Origin: Octopus vulgaris
Taxonomy: Eukaryota
DNA: 64,000 bases
Direction: 5' to 3'
Assembly: GCA_951406725.2 (NCBI GenBank)
Contig: OX597822.1
Location: 77,810,001-77,874,000 of the forward strand
How positions within the stretch are numbered: position 1 is the first letter of the stretch; each line of letters starts with the position of its first letter. Position numbers and translations under genes: made by a program. The notes beneath the pieces are model-generated. The model was not told the origin of the DNA and made no database searches. It saw only the letters and a program-made list of their open reading frames with translations. Of this stretch, positions 54,548 through 64,000 are shown piece after piece.

Positions 54548-54594
<47 letters not shown>

Positions 54595-55087
54595 TGTATG
54601 TATACCTTTGTATATGTGTTTGTCGCCACTACCGCTTGAAAATTGGTGTTGGTTTGTTTTCGTCCCCGTAACTAGCGGTTCGGCGAAATCGACTGATAGA
54701 TTAAGAGCCAGGCCGATTTTTTTTCGATTAAAACCCTTCAAATTGGTGCCCCTGCGATGCCGCAATCTAATGAGTGAGACAAGTAAAAGATAACCGATGT
54801 AGATAGACGGGTCTTTATATCCGGCGCGTTGTCATGTATGAATTTTTAATGAATGCTCTCTCTCTCTCTTTACTCTTTTACTTGTTTCAGTCATTTGACT
54901 GCGGCCATACTGAAGCACCGCCTTTAGTGACGGCTTCTTTCAGTTTCCGTCTACCAAATCCACTCACAAGGCTTTAGTCGGCCCGAGGCTATAGTAGAAG
55001 ACATTTGCCCAAGATGTCACGCAGTGGGACTGAACCCGGAACCATGTGGTTGTTAAGCAAGCTACTTACCACACAGCCACTCCTAGC
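54360..55087. mobile_element. Degenerate CORE-like SINE (+) and an internally deleted, well-conserved copy (-, 54868-55087)
   Basis: Match to the 1323 family. Confidence 0.8.
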
Positions 55088-57023
55088 CTCTCTTTCACAT
55101 ATTTATTAAAATGATTTTGTTTAATTATTAAATTCTCGGTTATGTTATGTTGACGACCTGTATAAAGAACTGAATAGTGCTATACGTGGTTAGAAATGAC
55201 TAGAAATTGTAAGAACTTCGTAATAACTAAAAAAGAAATTTAATGTGAGTATTTTATGCATTTCTCCTTTTATTCTTTAATTTCTAATACTTCCTTAATG
55301 GCCGGACATGTTTCTGTACACTATTGACATGATTGACATTACTTTATGATAGTGACCACTATGTACAACTATCAGGCTACAGCCAGACAAAGAATCACAC
55401 ACACACATATATAGACGGGTGAAAATTTGACCGGTGAGCGCCGTTGCTGTAGCCATCTGCAGTTGTTTTTAGCTTATAAAGTAGAGAGAAATAGGGTTTG
55501 ATAAGAAATAGAAGAGGGAGAGAAATTTCCCTCAAGGAGAAACAATTGCTGATGGAGTGATTTTATTTCTTTATGTACTTATTTTATTATGCGTGTAGAT
55601 ATCTCAATATAATTCATACTTTTTTTTAATTTTTTGGTTGTCCTAGTAGCTGCAAGTAGATGCAGATAGATTCATTTCGCTCTGACTTGGAGCCTGTCAA
55701 TGCACTGCAACTTGAGATAAAACTACACGGTCATTTAAAATATTTAGGAAATATATAAACGATCGGCTTTTCTTTCTATTTCTAAATAGTGAAGAAAAGA
55801 GGTGCGAGAGGAAGAACATTGAAAGGCCCTGACTCACAATTGAGATTACCATTAACATTATACAGAGTACGATCGATGCTTTGTATTTCTTTTACTTCCA
55901 ACAGTGGAGGAGAGCTTGAATGGTAGAAAGTCTCTTACGTGTTTAAGATTTCACTCTGGGAGTCTTTCAAGGGTTTTATTTTATTTTTCCTATTTATCAT
56001 TGTTTTTTGTTTTGCTTTTTTTTTCCCGTACATATTTGCATTGTTTGTTAGTTCTTCATGCTTATACGATAACCATTTTCTCTACAGACTACATACAAGA
56101 CCTCACCCTTTTTTTTATTTTGTTTTTCTTGGATGTGAATATAAGATATTTTCCATGTTGTTTATCACACCGATATGATTTCAGATTAGTTTCAAATATA
56201 TTTCAACTCGCCATTGCCTCTTGCAGTCCGTTTATTGTGTTGTATCCAGAATTCGGTCATTGTTTAACACACACGTGTACAATTTGACTGGTAACCTTTG
56301 CTGCTGCTGTTGCCACCATCTGCTGTTGTTATATATACACACATGCATACTTATACACATACATATATGTATGACTCTGGTCGTCTCAACATCTGTTATG
56401 CCACTGGTTTTATAGTTAATTGTGTTGAAATGAGGGTTCTATCCACCGAAAACAAATTCATCAAGAGGGATTTCTTGGACTCTCGAAAACTTTGCCCGGA
56501 ATTACCGAATTTAGGAAGTGTTAGAAAGTGGTGCAACTCAGTTACGACTTGATTTCCACCATATGTGTATGCCTGTACATAAATATAAATGTATAGATTT
56601 AAACTACACGTACATACATACATACATACATACATACATACATACATACATACATTCATACGTATTCTTTGTTTTATTGAGGTACCAGATATACTATCAT
56701 GTGCATGGAACATGTCAAATGTTATGCAATGTGCGCCATAAATTGTGCTGCTTAGCTGTAAGGGAATTCGAGGACCACAAGTTAAGCTGTTTGGTCAATG
56801 ATACTTCAACCAGGACGTACGATAGGCAATTTATATTTTGAACCAGTCCTTTCCATTTTGTAACGAAGTTATTTTTTTCCTCTCATTACGGTTCGAACGT
56901 AAGTACAATCGATTTTGTTACCTGAACCTTGCGTGCCATACGAGAAGGAGGAGCAGAAGGCATGTCTTTATATTATGATGCAATACACATGTAGTCAAAA
57001 CACGTGTCGCACTGAACTTTGAT

Positions 57024-57134
<111 letters not shown>

Positions 57135-57423
57135 GAATTGAGATAGGGGTTGTAAATGCAACCCTCCATGGGATAACATATATCCAATATACTGCTAGTG
57201 AAGTACCCAACAAAGTTAATACATATGCGCATCATATCTTAGGGCACTGGTTTGGGTTTTTGTTATACCAATATGTAACAAATGTGAGTCTATAATTAGT
57301 ATACGTTGTTTATTTCGATGAGCATATAAGTTTTTTTGCGTGTATTTGTTTGACAGCCTCATATATTAAGTTTATCTTTGTACTCATCTTAATTTGTATT
57401 TTATTTTATTTATCTATTTATCT

Positions 57424-57467
<44 letters not shown>

Positions 57468-57637
57468 CTATTTATTTATTTATTTTTATTTGTATTTTTA
57501 TTCATTTATTTATTCATTCATTCTTCTTTTTTTGGCACTTATTAATTTATAATTAATTTGATTTATAATTAATTTACTTATATCTTAATTAATAGTAATT
57601 TCTGTTTACTTATTTTGTATGTATGTATATGTCCTTT

Positions 57638-58415
57638 GATGGGCAGACATATATTTTGTAATTTAGTAAATATAGGTGGATATGTCGAAATGTGTTCATA
57701 TGTATATGTATGTGTATGTATGTTTTTGTATGTATATGTATATTCATAGATGGATATATATGTATATGTTTTTCTTATACATATGAGTACGCAAGTACGT
57801 ATGTAAATATGTATATATGTATATGCGAATGTTTGCAGACACAGTACATGAGAGTGTATTAATGTTTATAGGTCGAAATGTGTTCATATGTATGTGTATG
57901 TATGTTTTTGTATGTATATGTGTATTCATGGGTGGATATATATGTATGTCTTTCTTATACGTATGAGTGCGCAGATATATATTTAAATATGTATATATGT
58001 ATATGCGAATGTTTGCAGACACAGTGTATGAGAGTGTATAAATGTTTATAGATATGTACGTATGTGTGTGAGTGTATAAACGTTGCTATAGCTTTCCCTG
58101 CCTGTGCTGATTTATTTATACGCCATTTGATGACAGACATATATTTTTTAACTTAGTAAATATATGTGAATGTGTCGAAATGTATTCATATGTATATATA
58201 TGTGTATGTATGTTTTTGTATGGATGTGTATATTCATGGTTGGATATATATGTATATGTTTTTCTTATACGTATGAGTACGCAAATGCATATTTAAATGT
58301 GTATATATGTATATGCGAATGTTTGCAGACACAGTGCATGAGAGTGTATATGTTTATGTATATGTGCGGATGTGCGTGTGTATGTGTGTGTGTATAAATG
58401 TTGGTATAGTTTTCC
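57638..58415. repeat. About 180-190-bp minisatellite, 3 copies, with nested duplication of flanks
   Basis: GTCGAAATGT..TTCTTATAC.TATGAGT..GCGAATGTTTGCAGACACAGT occurs three times. Confidence 0.9.
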
Positions 58416-59131
58416 CAAGCCTAAGCTGGTTTAGTAGAAATGTAACGTTCTCAACAAACCAACCGTAAAGAAGACAATGGTAATTTAAATTCAAATCCAC
58501 AAGCCAATCATATTTTAGCGCTAGATTCGTAACTATTTCTGAAAGTAATAGTGTATTTGTGTCACAATGGAAATTATAAATTTGAACTCGGACGTACATC
58601 TGTGCACCTGTGGATCTTAATGTCGTGTAAACAGAATGATTTTATTTCATATTTCGTATGTATATGCAGATATTTAACACTTTGCATGGTATTGTGGTAC
58701 TATTGTGACTATATTGCTAATAATGGAATCTATATATTGTTTTACTAGTATTAGCGTTATTAATAATAATATGAATGATGATATTGGTAGCATTAGTGGT
58801 AATGACAATGGTAATGATGCTAACATTAATGACATTTTGGAAATTAATAAGAATTAAAATGTACTCTTGACTCTGTGTATCTGCATTTAGGTATTAATAT
58901 GTGTATGTTTTTCTACATTGTAATTATCACAATATTAAGTTGAAAAACTGTAACATTGAATGTGGAACATATGTATGTTTATTGATTTATATTATTTATA
59001 TTATTATGTATATGTATATTTATATGTATAGGAGTATGAGTATATGCACTCATATGTATATGTATATGTTTTATTATGGGTATGTACCCACACCTATATA
59101 AGTGTGTATGTAATCTGATTTGTATCACATA

Positions 59132-59259
59132 ATCTCCGAAGAGGCCTTAGGATATTTTTTGTAAATGTCACATTTATAACTACATATTGACCTACCATAA
59201 ATGGCTAATATAAGTAAAATGAGACATACTCATCTGCATGGCCGAAACAGCTGTAAGAT
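59132..59259 (+). ncRNA. Type I hammerhead-like motif with a 93-nt insertion in stem II
   Basis: ATCT-CCGAAGA-GGCC-(93 nt)-GGCC-GAA-ACAGCTGT-A-AGAT. Confidence 0.6.
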
Positions 59260-59487
59260 GTAGTCTATATTTATATTTATATTTACTTATATTTATATTC
59301 TCTTATACATATTGTACTTATTGTATAACATTACTCCTTTATGTACACTCCTTTATGTACACTGTTTTGTTCTACATTATTATGTTTGACATTAAAGTTT
59401 CTTATGTGGTGGTTTAATAAAGTATGTGATTGGGTATTATCTGGTAATTGATATTTGATTTGGATGTATTTCTCCATTTTCTTATTT

Positions 59488-59551
<64 letters not shown>

Positions 59552-59563
59552 CATATATGTGAA

Positions 59564-59857
59564 GGCGCATGGCTCAGTGATTAGAGCGTCGAGCTTACGA
59601 TCGTGAGGCTGTGAGTTCGAATCCCGGACCGGGTTGCGTGTTGTGATCTTGAGCAAAACACTTTATTTCACGTTGCTCCAGTTCACTCAGCTGTAGAAAT
59701 GAGTTGCGACGTCACTGGTGCCAAGCCGTTTCGGCCTTTGCCTCTCCCTTGGATAACACTGATGGCGTGGAGAGGGGAGGCCGACTGCCCGGACTTGTGC
59801 CTGGAAGAGTAACTCTCTAGGTGCAATCCCATGGTCAGTCATGACTGAAGGGGGCCT
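59564..59857 (+). mobile_element. tRNA-derived SINE, same family as 35969
   Basis: Sequence match. B box GTTCGAATCC. Confidence 0.85.
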
Positions 59858-60160
59858 CAGCATATATATATACATATATACATAGAAGTAAATATATGGT
59901 ACAACGAAGTACCGATATTTACTGGAAAATAGCGAACGTAATAAATACGACGCTAATGTATAGCTTCACGGGCTATTCTTTACTGGAAAGCAATACTCTC
60001 GTATTGCATTACTATTTTTATATACATATATATATACACACACACAGATATATATATGCATGTATAAAAAAGTATATATAAGGATATTTTTTCACTACTA
60101 TATCAGTGGTTTAGCATGCATAAAATACCATAAAGGTAAATAATTATTAATTAAGAATGA

Positions 60161-60308
60161 GGGGTACTGGGGTTAGTGCCAGCATGCTAAAATAGCAGTA
60201 AGAAATGACTTAAGACCACAAATTTTCACTAATACACAAGTGAAAATATGTGGTCTTAAGTCGTTCCTTACTGTTATTTTAGCATGTTGGCACTATCCCC
60301 AGTACTCC
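60161..60308. repeat. 70-bp-arm inverted repeat with 8-nt loop
   Basis: Arms 60161-60230 and 60239-60308. Confidence 0.9.
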
Positions 60309-60359
60309 TAATTATTAATTGATATGTATGTATGTATATATGTATTCTCATGTATATAG

Positions 60360-60650
60360 TAACATATCAAGATATGCCCATATATATTTAATTGATAAAC
60401 TTCTGGAAAGTTTTACACATTTTTACAGTTCCAGTGATGGATTGGATATATAGTCTTCGAATTAGCTTTCTCCTTTTTGGTTTTGAGAAGCTTAATTCCT
60501 CAAGATTGGTATTTAGGCAGTGTGTTACATATTCCAGTGTGCCAATAATTACAGGTATAAACCTGAACTTGTAATCTGGATAGAGCAACTACAGATTTCT
60601 CTTTTTCACTGATCTTCAGCTTTATGTTAACATCCGCTGGTCAGCTAATT
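60360..60650 (-). mobile_element. Non-LTR (probably RLE-type) 3' fragment, same family as 3285-3620
   Basis: LYPDYKFRFIPVIIGTLEYVTHCLNTNLEEL... Confidence 0.7.
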
Positions 60651-61086
60651 TGTTTGTATGTATGTATGTATGTATGTATGTATGTATGTATGTATGTATG
60701 TATGTATGTATGTATCGGGGAGTAGATACAAATGAACGGGTTTCATAAAGTGTTCCATTTTGTCAATAAATAGTTAAAAAATATATATATTAAATGCTGC
60801 AATATATGTATAGACACAATGCAATATGTTATCTGAATATAGTAGTTATTGTCAAGACAGTGTTGATATTGTGGAAAAGTGCTAATTTCGTTACTTTTAT
60901 ACCTGTATAGCTACTAGAAACTGTATGATCCGCGTACGCACAAATATTAATACAATTATCCGTATTAGGTTCCAGGTTTTTAGATGTCAAACTTTTATAG
61001 GTGTAATCCGCAATTGTCACTGATGGATGAGAAATTTCATAATAACGATAATGATAATAATAATAGTTCTTATTATTGTTGCTGTG

Positions 61087-61136
<50 letters not shown>

Positions 61137-61163
61137 TATATGTATATATATGTACATATATGT

Positions 61164-61233
<70 letters not shown>

Positions 61234-61875
61234 GCATATACATACATATATGTGTGTGTGTGCATGTGTGTGTGTGTGTGCATGTGTGTGTGTAATGAAA
61301 TCAGCACTCCTCGACATTAAACTTCTTATATATTTCACTAGTAATATCGTATTGACTTACTTTATATTAGCGAATATATGCCCGGGCATTAACATGCATT
61401 AATAGCGGCTCTTAAAGTTGTGCGATATAAAACTGAGATAATAACCGTTGCTAGCCTGAATAATGACATTGCAATTATATATTACGTTAATTATAGAGCA
61501 ATTACATTCCAGTGGACATCTAGGGGCTGATCTACAGTTACATGTACGTGATTAATCATAGAATGTCTTAGAGAGCTCAGTAAACTCATGCGTTCCCTGC
61601 AGCTCTTCAAGTTGCTTTTCCCCATATTGCTTATGCTTTTACCATTATCATTATTTTGTTTCATTTCAATGTTAGTCTCACTAGAGATATTTTTGCAACA
61701 ATTTTTGTTATAGTTGTTGCGGGTAGAACTCGGATATCCTGCGACAAGGAACGATCAACAAAAAAAAAACAAAAAAAAAACACTCCATCCAGGGAGAGGC
61801 TTTAATCTGCCAAACGACAAGTCTCAACGGCAAGAAACAATTAGTAGGTCTTGTTTTTATACAGTCTACATTAAA

Positions 61876-61933
<58 letters not shown>

Positions 61934-62009
61934 TCAGTAGAACATATATCCGAAAAAGAAGCATGCTTTAACCGTTCGAGTAGTAAAGTATTTTCAGAAA
62001 GTTAATTGT

Positions 62010-62400
62010 ATGTCCAGTCATAGAGTGACCAATAGTCTCGCATCCATAAAGCGCTTAGCATTATTAGACGGTCCGCCAGTCTCCAGTGACCGCGGGGGCC
62101 TATATAACCTCTTTGCTTCGAAGGTTTTGAGGTCGTTGATTTTGGGCGGAAACCTCCTAGATTTGATCCCATACATGTTGGCTTCTGAGGATGGCGTGGT
62201 TTGGACATAGAAATATGTCTTTACATCTCATCCGCCTTCTGTGGTCGATCATCCTCTCGAGAAGCATTTTGGTGTAAAGCTCGTTAGACGGTGTTGGTAT
62301 ATTTTTCTGTCGAACAACTGACGTATATAGCTCCATATTATCCGAGAGACGTGGCTTTCGTGATTTTGTAGATGTGTGCAGCCGGTGGTACAGCTGCCTG
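62010..62400 (-). mobile_element. Probable RTE LINE relic
   Basis: Decayed resemblance to the RTE C-terminus (GH..RLADRL). Frameshifted. Confidence 0.35.
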
Positions 62401-62664
62401 TGGCCACTAGACTCTGACCGGACATATCATTAACTTCCCATAAATATGTGTGTGTGCATGTGTGTATGTGTATGTATGCATGTATGTATTTATGTAGGTA
62501 GGTAGATAGATAGGTACAAACACACACACATACATACATACGTGCACACATATATACAGTGCAAAATTTTTTTAAAATTCAAAGCCGAGGTAAAAAAAAC
62601 AAGAAAAGACGAAAAGCAAACAGAGTGCATTATATTTATGCCCAGGAAAAAATAGAAAGTAAAG

Positions 62665-62702
62665 TCTTTTACGTTTCGAGTATAGGCTCTTCATCAGATA
62701 GA
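62665..62702 (-). ncRNA. Hammerhead-like motif with canonical CUGAUGA core
   Basis: Minus strand TCTAT-CTGATGA-A-GAG cctata CTC-GAAAC-GTA-AAAGA. Confidence 0.6.
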
Positions 62703-63040
62703 ACAGAGGAGGAGAGAAAAAATATGGAAAGAGAAAAGAACGAATGTGACTCCATCAGATTGTCACCACTTGCTGAATAACTGAACAGCTGAATACATGT
62801 ATACAAAAGAAGGGAAGGATAAATTGTTGGTATTACATTTATTACAAGGTTTAAAATTGGTTCTATGACGTATGGATGATTAATCATGTAACATGCATGA
62901 AGACTAGACAGAGAACAATGGTATTATCAAATCGATGATATCACATGAATTATATAAAGATTGGCCCACATTCATCTCGTCATAAACTCTATTTGTTCAC
63001 AAAGGTTATGAGTAGATAAATATAACTTTAACATCATATA

Positions 63041-63287
63041 CAGGGGTGGGGGTGCAAAAATAGGTAGACAGTAAGTATCACGTGTTATAATACTTAATTC
63101 ATTAAAATTATTAGCACATTAAATTAGTTGGCCTAATTTTCAGTGTCATTAATCATAATAATACATTTATCATAATTATAATAATACTTTTATTGTAACT
63201 TTATATTTGTTTTGATAAAAATAAATGAGTAGTGTACGTGTTTCTGTTTTTTTTTCATAATTGTATGTTTACTTTTGCCCCACCCTG
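63041..63287. mobile_element. Tc1-like MITE
   Basis: TA|CAGGGGTGGGGGTGCAAAAA ... TTTTGCCCCACCCTG|TA. Confidence 0.65.
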
Positions 63288-63305
63288 TATTTATTTCTTA
63301 TTTAC

Positions 63306-63920
63306 AGAGGTGCAGGTGTAGCTGTGTGCTAAGAAGCTTGCTTCCGAACCACATGGCTCGAGCCGACCAAAGCCTTGTGAGTGGATTTGATAGAGAGAAA
63401 CTGAAAGAAGCCCGTCGTATATATGCATATATTTATGTGTGAGTGTCTTTGCTTTTATGTTTGACCTCCACCACCACGACCAACAACCTCATCCCTAACC
63501 CTAACCTTAACCAACCTCATCGCTGACAACCGATGCTAGTGTGTTTACGTCCTCGTAATCTAGCGGTTCGGTAAAAGAAACCGATATAAGTACTACGTTT
63601 ACAAAGAATAAGTCCTGATGGTCTATTCGGCTAAAAAAACCTTTTAAAGCGGTGCTCCACATGGCCGCAGTCAAATGACTCAAACGAAGAATAAAATAAT
63701 GTATTTACTTGTTTCAGTCATTCTGCTGCGGCCATGCTGGGGCAACGCATTCAGGAATTTTTAGCCGAAGGAATCAAACCTTGTACAAATTCTCTTTTAA
63801 GCCTGGTACTTGTACTATCGCGTCCTTTCGCCGAACCGCTAAGTTACAGGAACATGAACGCACCAATACCGGTTGTATTGTGGTAGTGGTGGTGATGGTG
63901 GCCAAACACAGACACAAGGT
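63306..63920. mobile_element. CORE-like SINE (+) and inverted SINE tail (-)
   Basis: Match to the 1323 family. Confidence 0.8.
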
Positions 63921-63935
63921 ACACACACACACACA

Positions 63936-63998
<63 letters not shown>

Positions 63999-64000
63999 TG

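Noticed and set aside
56918-56965. Minus-strand CAG|GTAAC donor with a short peptide [14 protein letters not shown]
   Set aside because: No acceptor or recognisable protein motif, so too weak to call.
57638-58415. Regularly spaced repeats resembling a CRISPR array
   Set aside because: The whole unit repeats with no unique spacers, there are no cas genes, and the context is eukaryotic.

Overview
AT-rich, microsatellite-dense eukaryotic DNA. The repeat content (tRNA-derived SINEs with Nin-like and CORE-like domains, (TA)n/(CA)n/(GATA)n tracts) points to an octopus or other coleoid cephalopod; this is inferred, not proven. Nearly all ORFs in the supplied track are microsatellite artefacts. The window is mostly a graveyard of nested mobile elements: several SINE families, DD34D mariners, other Tc1/mariner relics, MITEs (including a hAT-type one with a perfect 8-bp TSD), a Helitron with both candidate termini, and fragments of R4/Dong-like, L1/Tx1, RTE, CR1/L2, Gypsy and Penelope-like elements. 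The strongest signals are: (i) at least eight hammerhead-ribozyme-like motifs in Penelope-like terminal repeats, in two architectures and with recurrent non-canonical cores; (ii) two candidate minus-strand exons encoding an N-glycosylation-rich, receptor-like N-terminus; (iii) a small unique island with two perfect CRE palindromes and an E-box; (iv) long inverted repeats that could be ADAR substrates. No intact tRNA/rRNA gene, CRISPR array or intact transposase/RT ORF was found. Boundaries of degenerate elements are approximate.
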